Assembly: GCA_011109175.1 (NCBI GenBank)
Contig: RDEW01000004.1
Coordinates: 24,996-88,995 of the forward strand
From: Dicyema japonicum
Taxonomy: Eukaryota; Animalia; Dicyemida
Reading direction: 5' to 3'
DNA: 64,000 nt
Below the pieces are notes generated by a model, which was given only the letters and a program-made list of their open reading frames with translations, did no database searches and was not told the DNA's origin. Position 1 is the stretch's first letter. Each line of letters begins with the position of its first letter. A program made the position numbers and the translations under genes. Positions 12,909 through 25,280 of the stretch are shown piece after piece.

Positions 12909-15900
12909 CAACACATTCAAGAACACCAACAGTTAATTTAATTACTAAATTAAGTGATCTCGAAGGCCTCAATCAGAATTCTCATTTTCTTTTCGTGCGC
13001 CTTCTGGGATCCAACACAACTTCTCTGTGGGCGGGGTGGTATCGGGAATAGGAATTGGAGAGGGGTGATGTATACCCTTCTCATAAGACACATCGTGACT
13101 GTGTATTGTTAAGAGTTGCACTGCTTGCACAGGGTAGCAAATCCTTCTCCATTTTGTCGGATAAGGTCTTCAAGTGATGAGGGTATTAGTTTTTCTAGTT
13201 TCCCGAGATTACTAATAGTAGTGGCTGTTAAGGCCTGAATGTCCCGGATTCTTTGTTTGTTTGTCCAGGACAGATTGATTCCCCATGACATACAGGCATA
13301 GCTGACAGAAGGCTCAAATTGTTTGTACAACAATTTCAAAGCTGGGAAAGAGGTTTTAATGCCACCGAAAATAGTTTTGATTATCCCTAGCTTTCTTGAG
13401 CAGCTTCCAGAGACCGCGTCGACGTGAGGTGAAAAAGACATGTGTGTGTCGAAGGTGATCCCTAAGATTTTCAGTTTCTTCGTGAAAGGTATTTTTGTCT
13501 GGTTGATAAAAATATCCACTGTCATTTATCCAAGTCTTTTGTCTGAGGTAAATAAAGACGAAGAAGATTTTTCAGTAGATATATCAAGTCGGTTATAATT
13601 TAGCCAAATTTGAATCTTATGAAGGTATTCTTGTAGTCTTTCTGATGCTTTTGGGATATTTTGGTCGCGGGATCCAATTAATAAGTCATCAGCATATGAA
13701 AGGATGAAATCGTCTTTATTATCGGGTTGCGGTAAATTGGACATGTATAAGTTAAATAAGGCGGGTGATAAAGGGGTCCTTGTGGGACACCATTGGGTAG
13801 TAATCTTGAAATTGATTTGGTCCCATCCATGTATACCCGGGACCTTCTTCCATTTATGAAGTTAGCAATCCAAAGTTTTATATTGGGGTCGACGGGAAGA
13901 TTAAACAATTTCCAGGTTAGGATTTTTTTTGAGACAGAGTCGAAAGCCTTTTGTAAATTATCGAACAGACAACTGTTTTGAGGTAACGAGGATTTGTGTT
14001 AAAGCCTTCAATGATAAATTGGTTGAGGGATTTTAGGTGGGTGGAAGTTGAATGACCCCTTCTNGTCGAAAGCCTTTTGTAAATCGATCGAACAGACAAC
14101 TGTTTTGAGGTGAGATTTGTGTTAAAGCCTTCAATGATAAATTGGTTGAGGGATTAGGTGGGTGTTGAATGACCCCTTCTGAATCCATCTTGTGAGAAAA
14201 AAGGGACAGGTTACTAGATTAAGAATCAATTTTTCCAATAATTTTGATAAGGTGCATAGTAAAGAGATTGGTGGAAATGATGCAGGATTGTCCTTAGGCT
14301 TCCAGGCTTAAGGATTGGGCGTATATAGAACAGTTTCCAGATAGTTGGAATTGAATTCATGTTTATTGAATAGTTGAAAATCACTGTGATTGCATCAATC
14401 GCAATAGGTCCAAGGTGTTTTAGTAAAATACCAGGGATAGAATCTGGCCCACATGAGAGGGAAGAATTCATCCTCTTCAAACCCTCACTGACATCTGAAT
14501 GAGGATGAGGTTAATCGGCTTGTTCTCTTCGGTCTTATTGAGGATAAAGAAGGCCCATCCATTTTCCTGAAAGGTTTGTGGCTTATATTGGCGTAATATT
14601 TCATGAGCTTGTTAAGACTGTGCTGATCCGTCTGTTGTCTTTTAAAATTTCCTTTTGGACCAAGTTGTTTAATTTCTCTCCATATCTTCTGAGCAGATTT
14701 TGAAATGGAAGGGAAAATACTAGTTCGTCCCATCTGTTTACTTCAGTTTTTCTAATCCTTTTAGATATTTCGTCATTGAGAGTTTTTATTTGATTTTTCT
14801 GTCCGGGAAAGGAAGGTACATGTCTTTTCAGGCGATTCCTTTCTTTAATTAATGACTTGGTGTTCTGATCAAGTTTTTCATTGTAGAATTTAAATGATCC
14901 ACGCGGAATGAATGTTCTCCGCGCCATGAGAATAGTATTGTTTAGAAAGTCAATAGCTCTATCTATTGAAGGGAATATCATCATATCAAAGTTTACTAGA
15001 GCTGATCGATGTATTTTGAATAGTCATTCCAGTTTGCTTTTTTATAGTCGAAAAATGAAACAGTCTCTTCTTTGTGGTAAAGAACTTTTTTGATTCGAAT
15101 AATGATTGGATTGTGGTCGGAAGATAATCCATAATGCACCATCCAAGATGTGTCCGGTACAAGGTTTGGGGAACAGAAGGTAATGTCTGGGGACGTTGAA
15201 GCTTCGTTTCCCTTGTAGGGAGTCCTAGTGTGCTTCCTGGGGTTGTTGATGATGTCAGAAGGTGAGTTGGTTTAATAAGGATAATCCTCTTGAGTCTGCT
15301 GGATGTGATTTTAACCAGGCTGGATGTTTAGCATTAAAATCTCCACACAATATCAGGTTTCCGAGCTGTTTAACTTGGTTAGGTTTAGAGAGAATCCTTT
15401 TAGGCAAGAAGATGGAGGGGACGTAGATATTTGTAAAGTTGAAAGTCCCGAATGCGCTTGTAGTGGATATTCCAGATATTTCCGTGGTTCCATCGTTAAT
15501 TAATAAATTTAGTTTTGCTGATGTGTTCGTAAATCGAATGCTGTTTCTTATCATGACGAGGAGACCCCCACCAAGACGGTTTGAGCAGTCCAGGCGGATC
15601 CAGTGGTATCCTGGAAAAAGAGGAGTAGGTGATGATGGAGTAAGTATGTTTTCTTGAAGTAAAATCAGGTCAATGTTCTGTTCTTTAATGAAAGACCGTA
15701 GTTCGAGAATTTAACTTTTGATTCCGTTGATGATTATCTGCAGAATTGAGAGTGGAGGACCTGGATTAAGTTCAATGTCACCGGTGAGAATTATCAGAAA
15801 CCCATTCAGCCGAGGGAGATTAAGAGAGGGAAGAGGCCGTAGTCGAAGAGTCCTTCTTCGGATGGGAGGTAGTTAATGGTCCTTTTCCGCGGTGCATTAA

Positions 15901-15963
15901 GTGCACCCTGAGTGCCTCCAGAACTTTCATAACTTTCATAACTGGTAGACCACATGACGCCAC
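12909..15963 (-). mobile_element. Near full-length (about 3.1 kb) family A LINE: 2A motif, APE, RT; no ORF1 or RNase H; disrupted
   Basis: GDIELNPGP then ILQIIINGIKS, LLQE, CGDFNAKH, TSPDITFC (APE); CGPDSIPG, NGVPQG, LSYADD (RT); conserved 5' motif at 15963 and 3' hairpin at 12920-12965. Many frameshifts and stops. Confidence 0.85.
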
Positions 15964-16029
15964 GTTTTATTTAATGTTTGTATTAATGATGTGATATGTA
16001 TCCAAACACCACCTTAACTAGGCCAGGGA

Positions 16030-17520
16030 ATATGGCAGGTCAGCATTAATCAAGAACGAACTCAAAAAAGTCTCCCCAATTAATTATTGAGGATAAGCTT
16101 AGAATGAGGGCTTTGATTAGTGAATTAAAAAACAGGGAGATCAAAGAAAAAAAATAGAGATGGAAGCATGTGCTCTTTTCTCTGAATTGAAGATCCATTG
16201 CTTAAGTTCTGACGTCTCAAGAGAGGATGAAAGATCATCTGAATGGATCAAAGCCAAAAGGATTTGAATAATCTCAAAATATTACCTGAAATATCGCACA
16301 AGGACAATAAAAAGTCGGATGTACCCCCTTTATATTTCGGTAAACCGAAAAAGGAACCTGATATGATCTACTTTACTGAAAACGACTGAGAAATAAATTG
16401 AGAGCCATTAAAACAACTTATCTTAACGGACCGGATAAGATCTCAATGATCCTCCTAAAGAATCTTGGGGATTTTGGAATCGCTTGATTAACGAGGATAT
16501 TAAACCACTGTATTAACAAAATTGTATTCCAGCTTTATGGAAGCTTGCCCACCTACGTACAATTTTAAAACCCAGAAAAGTGAAGAAGGATCTTCTTCAT
16601 ACAGACCGTCCCGTTATTGTGTTGTTATCGAAAATTCTGGAAAGGTTGGTCTTCGCGAAAATCAAAAATTTTCACCGAGATTTGTCATTTCAAAATGATT
16701 TTAAAAAGGATAGGTTTACTTCGACCCATTTATTTTTTACTTCGTGCGATATGGTTTTTCGCACAGGCCGGGACACATGAAGACTGTGTTTTGTTCCATT
16801 GACGTCCACACGCTTTAGACTCTGTGTCTTACTTAAAAAATACCTGGAAAGCTTAAGATCTGGTTAGCTAATTTCCTTAGTGGTCGTAGAGGACGCGTCT
16901 GCATTGTCCAGTCAAGATCTATCCGAAAATAATATTATTCTGACTTATGCCGACGACATGGTAATTGGGTCACGTGATCACAACATCCAGATCGCCACTT
17001 CGAGATTAAGATTCGTCTAGTTACCAGCAGTGAGAAGTCTGTCACAACTCTATTTACATCAGACAAGAAAATGGGAGGACGGTCGATCTGAAGGCAAACA
17101 ATGGAGTTATCCCTTTTAGAAGATCTCAAAGATCCTTGGGTGACAAAATGCGAAGAGAACTAATGTCTTGAAATGTCTCACAGGCTAATGGAAGTACGTA
17201 ACCATCCTATTTTGAGTACTATATATAAACAATACAATGAACCATGTATTTCTTACCCATGTGATATCTAGGTCCCTTTCATCTCTTGGACAAACGTCAT
17301 GAAGATCGAGGTTAGTCGAAAAAGAGTCTCTAAAATCCCCTTGAATCCATTATACGTATGAACTATGGAACGCGCCGTCGTGACTACAAAGATCCAGTCA
17401 CTCGGCCGATACGTGCTTGTATGGAGTCGAGGGAGGAGCATCGGGCCCTGCTAGAGCGTGCTGAGATCACGTGATTAGTGAGGTGTGTAACCGTAGTCTC
17501 TGGTGTTGTTATTATTAGTT
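16030..17520 (+). mobile_element. Decayed 5'-truncated family A LINE
   Basis: RT motifs (VLLSKILERLVF, YADD-like) and a 3' end closely matching 3840-3998. Confidence 0.7.
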
Positions 17521-17576
17521 ATAGCTCCTCCCAGGAGTGACACACACTTTATTAAAATAAAGAACAATTATCGTAA

Positions 17577-18130
17577 CTAATCGACGATAGAGAACCAAGG
17601 AATGCTCTTCATTTCTTTTTTTGTGTGTGAGTCCATTTGTGGACGATCCGGTTCTGCATTGAGATATTCACTGATGACGACGTCACGTTTAAAGTCGAAG
17701 CAGAGTAGATGCGCGGAACCTTCAGTCGGAATATACAGGAGCGAGATTCGAACTAGGTCCATCATGCCTTTTGCCCGCCACTCATTGAGGTGGCGATTTG
17801 CGGACTCATAGAGGAAATTACCGACGTCTTTTTCTCTAATATTGGACAAGGATCACTTCGAAAAGAAGCGGTCCCCAGGAAGGAATTTGCTAAGACAGAG
17901 GCAATACTACTTTTTTTATTATATGGACCAGTGTTTCTCAACCTTTTTTCGTATCGCCCCCATAATAATTATAATGTTACAATGGAAGAAGAGTGTGTCA
18001 TCAACTCCCTCTTTGGAGATGGAGAATAAGGATGTCCCCACGGCATGCCAATTCCAAAGTTGAGAGGTAGCAGAGGTGTAATCTTCTTAAGAAACGTCGC
18101 TTCATTCGTTCTAGCTGAATTGTACATGCA
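17577..18130 (-). mobile_element. CRE-like element, N-terminal fragment (related copy 50690-50850)
   Basis: ISLLYIPTEGSAHLLCFDFKRDVVISE; nucleotide match to 50720-50830. Confidence 0.45.
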
Positions 18131-20129
18131 CCACTCCACAAGGATTAACACGTTTTAAAGCAAATTAATATAATTTATAGTAAAAGTCAATTATTGTTAA
18201 AAAATCTATAAACTCGTCCTACAATATCTAATTTTCTAAACGTGGGTGTGGTCATTGATGTAGTCATTGGGGAACTCGACAGTGTAGTTGTTGATCCTTA
18301 TGCTGGTGTATTTTTACCATAGTTGCGTTGGATTTTTGGAGTCGGAATCTGCTTGACATTTTCGTTTATTGCAAATATTCAATGTTAGAATAATTAAGCC
18401 ATTTGGACACACTGAAATACAGAAGACGTATTCGATTATTTTAAATTCATCAAATTCAAGGAAAAAGGCCAAGAACCAGTCTTGCAAAAAATATAAACCC
18501 GATAGAAAGAATAAGAAAATTAAAATTGATTTTTTTGATTTGATTGATATAGTCTTCTTCCGTAATAAATGAATTTGTAGAAAATGTAAAAGTATAAAAT
18601 GATGTCCAATTTGTCATGAACTCGTCCGCGAGAATTTTGCGATCTCCTACTTTTGAAAAACCCTACAGAAAGGCTGCAGCGTAGAGCCGAGAGAAAAATG
18701 TCTAGGAATTGTGCACTATGAAAATAGAACTCTTGCAGACGATTTTGGCAATTAGTCTCCCGAAGAAAGCTGACAACTCCGCCTACATTCTTATCATAGG
18801 TGATCGGATTTACAGAGAACAAAAACGTGATGGATTACCTAAAATAGACTTCAAAATAAATAGGGGATATTAGACGGAAAACCATATTTTAATTCAGGCC
18901 TCATTGTTGAACAGGAAAAATTCCGAATCCCCAAAAAATATTTAGTAGCTTGAGACAATTAGGGGGGTCCCTATGGCAAGAAATGGTATTTAAATAAATG
19001 GCCAAGTGGTTAATTGGTCACAAGTTGTGATGATGGCGTATCTCTATTGCACAGAATGTCTACTTAGCTTCATTATGCAAGAAAACCTTTGTCTTTTATC
19101 GTTCAGGGAGCATGGACAAAGTGACGGACCTAGGAGCCATTAAAACACAAATTTTCTGAACAAAGGAAGCGTCGGATGTAAGCATATCCAGGTTCGATTC
19201 TCGTTCAACACAGAATATCATCCGTCAGAAGCGCCGGACAAAATTCTGATATCTCTCGATTCTAATCTCGCTGTTGTCCATTCCGACTGAAAGTAATCAT
19301 CTACGATGTTCCTGGGATGATGAACGACACCATCATCAGTGATACCTCAAACTCACATGCAACTAAAAAAAGTTAAGAGCATTCCTTAGCACCCTTTCAG
19401 CGAAGGGTCAAAAAAACACGGCAGTAGGTTAATCCCATCCACTCCAAACGACAACCTCATCTTCGCTCGATGTTCCTCAAGAGATCCCACAAAAATAGTT
19501 TCAACAATAAATTTATTAATAAACTCAGTCACTACAAATTCCTAGTAAAATAGAGTCAACCCAATGCTTAGCGCCAAAATTTGCAACTTTTTCATGAATC
19601 GTCAACCAAAAAATACACGCGGGCGTTTTTGTCAGTAGACTTGACATCCCCTTTTTATATTTTACAATAGCATTAAATTTCCCCCCTTAATCCACATGGA
19701 GGTGAGTACTCGTCAGTGCCACTATCTTTCTAACAACAAATTTTCCCTTTGGATTTCTAAGTTGAATCAATGAAGACCTTTAATCTCATATTTATTATCC
19801 ATACTTTTTAAATGATAAATAAAGGACACATGCCTTTTTCTGAGTTAAAATCTGCTTTACGAATGAAAAATGAAATATTTGCGTAGACATGCAAATATAT
19901 AGGTTTTTGCTTAGTCACTTTTGCAATTGATCTCGACACTTTTGCGATTGCAATTAATCTTCATCCTATAACAAAAAAATAATTTTGTTCCAATTTGCTT
20001 TTGGTAAGACTCACTTTAAACCTGAAATGGTATAGTCTTACTTCTCAAGCCATTTAGAATTGAAAGGATCAACCTCAACACAACAAGTTTCAAATAATAT
20101 TTTTAATAAAAATAATATACAATTCGTTT

Positions 20130-20710
20130 AATTAAAGCAAATCCGCGTTAACAGTAAACACTGTTTATGGTTTCGCTTGTGCCATGTTTTTCGATTATCC
20201 TTTTAATCTTCTCCATCATTTTCGTTGTCATGCTCGTCTCCTGATTTCGTCCAGATCGTCTGCATCCTTCAGTCAGCCCCGATCACTGCGTAATCCTCCG
20301 CAAGTGTCCTTGGAAGATAACTTCTTGGACGTCCTCTAAATGCAGGAGATACAGTATTGCCGAAAAATTCTTCCATGGGGGCATTGCATGGTGTCTGTTC
20401 ACCCACCCGTAGAATATGTCCAAAAAGGCGCCAGCGGGCTTCAAGTACTTCAGACTTATTGATCCACAATCAGTCAGTATGTACAATTTATTGTTTGAGA
20501 TTTTCGTTGGCCAAGAGTATCCAAGGAGTTTTCTTAGTTGGCCTCTGTGGAACGAGTCGAGTTGTTCCATATCTTTCTTTGATATTCCCCAAGTACCTGC
20601 GTTGTACATGAGGACTGGAATGATCAGAGTTTTCGAGTGTTCCTCCACATCTCATCAACGTGGGTTGCCGATCTTTAAATGGTGGTTATTTCAGTTTTGT
20701 CTTTATTGAC
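20130..20710 (-). mobile_element. RTE LINE 3' fragment
   Basis: PVLMYNAGTWG, ARWRLFGHILR, FRGRPR; 3' UTR motif AAACATGGCACAAGCGAA shared with 36880. Confidence 0.8.
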
Positions 20711-20999
20711 TTTGAGGGACCATTTACTCAAAATTGTTTTCGCTTTCTCCATAATAACGTCTATAAATTCCCTCACGTGACAGTCCGTTTGGTTATGTCC
20801 TTATTCCAGCATTCAGGTTAACGGAGCCTCCCTAATCAAGTGACTTGATTGTCTCTGCGGAGAGCATGGACTGGTCAATTATTCGGATATAACCTAAGAA
20901 AACCAAGATTTAAAGAAAAATCTGTTATAAGGCGTTAATTTTATGATAAAAGTCACAGTATATTTTTTCAAGGATATTATTATTAAAAGCACTCTCGAG

Positions 21000-21600
21000 A
21001 AAACATAAATTAAGTTTCCCTTGTCCCGTATTCCTAATCATCCTCTACGTCAATCTCGACCATGATCCTCTGTTGCGCGCTAATTCTCTTAGGTAGTCCA
21101 GATCGTCCTCCGAAGTTAGTCGCCGATAGATCTTCGTTCAAGATAGTCGGAAGTGTCGTTTTTGGCCTTCCGCGAAATCCGGCTCCTGTGTGTGCGAGGT
21201 AGTTATCCATTGCGACATTTGCGGGGACATGATCATTTAATCGTAACACGTGGCCAAAGAGGCTCCATCTTGATTTGAAAATATCATCTGACAGCACGCC
21301 GTATTTGCATTTATTTTAAAAGTTTGCTTTAAAGATCTTCATAGGCCAGTTAATCTTGATTACCGATTTGAGCTGAACTCTGGAAAAAGTCAAGACGGTC
21401 CATTTCCCGTTTAGAGATTCCCCAAATCCCAGAGTTGTAGGTTAGTACCGGGATGGCAAAAGCTTTGTATATTCTAAACCTGGTGTTTAGTCCTATCCTC
21501 TTCTTGTGGCTAGGTCGCATACCAGTTGGTGATTCTTGTGAGGTTGTTTAAGTCCTCTGCAATTGAAAGTTCTCAGAGCGAACGGAGAAGTCGGTAAAGA
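21000..21600 (-). mobile_element. RTE LINE 3' fragment
   Basis: SRWSLFGHVLRL...GFRGRPKTTLP. Confidence 0.75.
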
Positions 21601-21779
21601 ATAGGAATAAGACATAGTGCAATAGAGATGTCGTCACCACCTCAACCAAAAATTTCGATAACGACAAATAAAATGTTATTTTATTAAACAAATAAAAATT
21701 ATAAAAAATAACAATAAATATTTTAAAAATGTACTAAGTTATTTAATAATTTGAATTCATTTTGTTGTTCGCATATAAA

Positions 21780-22348
21780 ATGGCAAGTAAAAAGACAATG
21801 AAAAAGCCTCAAAGGAGGCAACAGAGAAGCACATCAAACATATTTGCGATGATTGAGACTGACCAGATCAAGAGATTCAAGGAAGTCTTTGCAATTATTG
21901 ACCAAGATAACGACGGAATTATTTCAAAGAATGACCTCAGAAACACCTACAACAGTTTAGGTAGGAAATTATTTACATTGGCAGGAATAAATCCCAAAGA
22001 GGGTGATCTCGACGAAATGTTAAGGGAAATCTTAATTTTACGATGTACTTGGCCATGTTTGGGGAGAGACTGAAGGAATCTGACCCCGAGAATGTAATTG
22101 CCAGTGCCTTTGCCTGTCTGGACGCTGAGGGAAATGGTAGTGCTTCCGTTTTATTTCACAGGGTACTTAATGGAGGACGAACTGAGGGGATATTTGATTT
22201 CAATGGGGCAGCGAATGACTGACGATGAGGTACCGCACCGTCTGACTCGTAGATCGACATAATTTTCAGGGATGCCAAAGTAAAGGACCAGAAGTTATTG
22301 TACAAGGAGTGTGCGGCTATGCTCAAGCAGGGGCGGAAGGATGAATAA
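21780..22348 (+). CDS. MRLC: Myosin regulatory light chain (non-muscle/smooth type), 4 exons, apparent frameshift near 22030
   Basis: [10 protein letters not shown] phosphorylation site; EF-hand [12 protein letters not shown]; [14 protein letters not shown]; introns 21961-21984, 22137-22161, 22230-22252; TAA at 22346-22348. Confidence 0.92.
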
Positions 22349-22659
22349 ACTAATTTGATTAATTTAACAAAGTTGTTCTGTGTGGTCTATTAGAATTTAT
22401 TGCATGATGCTATTAAAATCCAAAGATAGTGTAATTTTATGCAATTTTATTATCTTTGGAAAAATTTTAATTTAAAAACAAAAATAGTACAGTTTGGACA
22501 TCAGAAAAAATAGGACAATTCTATTATTTTTTAAAATTTTTTTTTTTAAATCAAAAATTTATTAACAATAAAATATTATTTATTAACTATGGGGGAGAGC
22601 GGCTGCTGACATCACGGAGTAAGCGTTTCCGCGAACAACTGCGATACCAATTCTTTGCC

Positions 22660-23960
22660 TTAGCCAGACCGCGGAAAAAAATCTTGCAAGGAGACTCACT
22701 CTCTCCCCAGCTGTTTATGGTAATGGACCCACTAAGCCGAATATTAAATATAAAATTCCCGAATGTATTGATCAGAGTGATCCGTCTATTGCCACAAATG
22801 CGACTAACCATTTTCTTTTTATTGACGATTTGACAATAATTCCGAATATGAAGATACTATTTAGAAATGATGGAGGATATTGATGAATATCTGGGTGTTG
22901 TTGGCCTTAAAAGAAACTGTAAAAGTCTGCAACTAATCTGAAATGTGCCAAAGATACAAATTATCTGGATGGTTGTGAGGGATATCGCTATCTTGGAGTG
23001 TTAGAAGATAAAGGGAGTAAGGTTATGAAAGACAAAGTTATGGAAAAAATTGCTGAAAATGTGAAGAAAACGATACAGATGTGGCGAATTCGAAATTAAA
23101 CGCTGTAAACTTGTTTAAAGCGATAAATGAATACTCTGTATAATTATTACATCGGGCTATTCGACATTGAACCACGTGAATTCGAAGCTATTGATTTAGA
23201 AATCCGGCGTATACTCTCTAACTTACGAGTGCACTTAAAACCTCCCAGCAAAGAAAGATTATGTCTCAGCAGGAATAATTTTGGAAGAGGATTAACCTCA
23301 TTTCTGATAAGAGTGAATGCATGTTATTTCAATTTTTGACCGACCTAGAAAGGAAATCTCCCATGTGTCTTCGAAGGGCAGGAATTTTGTGGGTCCTAAA
23401 ACAAAGGAAAACACATATGACCACTATCGCAAGCTTTATTGCACTCAAAAACAATGTGGATGACCTATCTAACTTGAACACTGATATTTAAAGGAATATC
23501 AAAGGAAGACTAATCAGAAATTGCTTCATTCAATTATATTTAAGTGTTTTGAAAATACGAATGTCGATATCAATGGATCAACAGAATGGCTTACTGGGGG
23601 AAACAATAGTCCAAGGTCGGAAGCAATGTACTGCATGATACAGGATCGGAATCTGTTCTTTGAAAAGATCAAAGCAAATTGCAGTCATTGTGATATGGCC
23701 AAAAAATGTGTGGATTCACCTGGCTCCACGGTGTATCAGGATGCTTAGCGGTTTGTATATGCGGCGACATAACGAAATTGTAAGATGTATACACCTACAA
23801 CTATGTCGTCAAAATGAACCGAGAGGGTAAAGACGCATACAGTCCAATCAATTGTGTCAAGCAGAAAGTTGAATACGAGTCGACGCAACACCACAAACGG
23901 ATATAAAAGTTAAAAATAACAAACCTGATATAATCGTGGGAATAGGTAGTCTTTGTATTA
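22660..23960 (+). mobile_element. R4/Dong-like RLE non-LTR retrotransposon, decayed
   Basis: ILQGDSLSP, FIDD, YRYLG, NLFKAINEY, ERLCLSRNNFGRGL, CCHC knuckle CSHC...RRHNEIVRCIH, NKPDI. Confidence 0.75.
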
Positions 23961-25200
23961 AGCAGTGTTTCTTTTACATCCGTTTCTGAAAAGTAGGAAG
24001 ATAAGCGGTCCCTCTTCGGTTTTTCCAAAGGAAGTTGACCTGTCTGATCTTCCGTTTCTCTTTATGGGCACTATTCACATAATACTTCATAATGGAATTC
24101 AGATCCTTCTGGCTGTATTCGGATTCGTAGGTTGGTCTATCATCAGCCCTTGATATGTCCCGAATGATTTTCCATATTTGGGGGCAGTTGTCTGATTTCG
24201 GTTCAAAGCTGTGAGAACTCGTGACCATTTTTTTCTGTATCTTAAGTTCTTCGGCCTTTATATTTTCATTCAGTGCTTTCAGTCGGAGTTTTGCCTCAGT
24301 TGAGCGAAATCCAGCGTTTTGAGGAATTTCTTTCCTTGACCAAAGCCTCTTGTGTAGCAGGTGTGTCCTATTGGGACAGCCATTTTTCTTTCTTGCAGGA
24401 TGATGTCATTTATGTGATACACCGCCTTGTCAAGGGAGGAGAAATCCACCAGATTTACATCAGCCAAACGATTTCAGTAATAATCCGGAAAAAGTTCCAG
24501 TTTGCGGATTTGTACATGTAGGTCGGCTTCTTATCACAAAATACCTCCCTCCTGATCTTCAATAAAATAGGATTGTGGTCGCTTCTGTATGACAGACCAA
24601 GTTACTCTTGTAGAGAGAGTTGGAGAGCAGAGAGTGATGTCTGGGGATGTAGGTTGGTCAGAATTCATGAAAAGGATTCTTGTGTGTTTCGAGGGGTCAT
24701 TAATGATCATCAGTTTTCTAGACTGCGAGAGTAGAAGTCTTCCTCTTGCATCGGCAGGCTGACTTGACAGCCAAAGGGGATGTTTGGCACTCAGGTCTCC
24801 GCAGATCAAGATATCCCCCATATTTTCCAAAGTAGATAAGTCAACCATTGAATACTTCTTAGGGCATGAACCAAAAGGAGGTATATAAACGTTCACCAGA
24901 AACAATTTTCCTTTTGTTGAACTCACAGAGATTCTATGGTTTCCGTGGTTTCATCGTCTTCAAGGAGATTCTTTATTTCTGATAAACAGTCCTGAGACTT
25001 AAGTCCTTTTCTAATAATCGTTAGTAGTCCACATCCACATTTCTCTGTACGATCTTTCCGAATAACATTGAATCCAGGAAAAATAAGCGTAGAGTCCTTA
25101 GGAATCAATTTAGACTCTTGAATTAACAAGATGTCAATTTTGATTTTTTAGATGAGTGTTCTGAGCTCCAAGATTTTACCTTTGATTCCATTCACGTTGA
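23960..25200 (-). mobile_element. Family A LINE, APE and downstream linker
   Basis: LNVNGIKGKILELR, LIQESK, NVYIPP, CGDLSAKH, TSPDITLC; homologous to 62150-62800. Confidence 0.8.
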
Positions 25201-25280
25201 GTATTAATTAATTACAATTTATTTTCTTTGATAATATTAAAATTTAGCGTTTAACTGTAAAAAAGTATCACAAATACTTA

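Noticed and set aside
12647-13169. Tandem duplication of about 261 bp of the LINE 3' end
   Set aside because: The copies meet exactly at an N (12908) and differ by about 4 substitutions; typical of overlapping contig or haplotype ends joined in scaffolding.
13939-14180. Tandem duplication of about 125 bp within RT
   Set aside because: The junction is an N (14064) and the second copy has small deletions; likely an assembly artefact.
19150-19215. GGTTCGATTCT B-box-like motif as a tRNA gene
   Set aside because: No A box at the proper distance and no cloverleaf.
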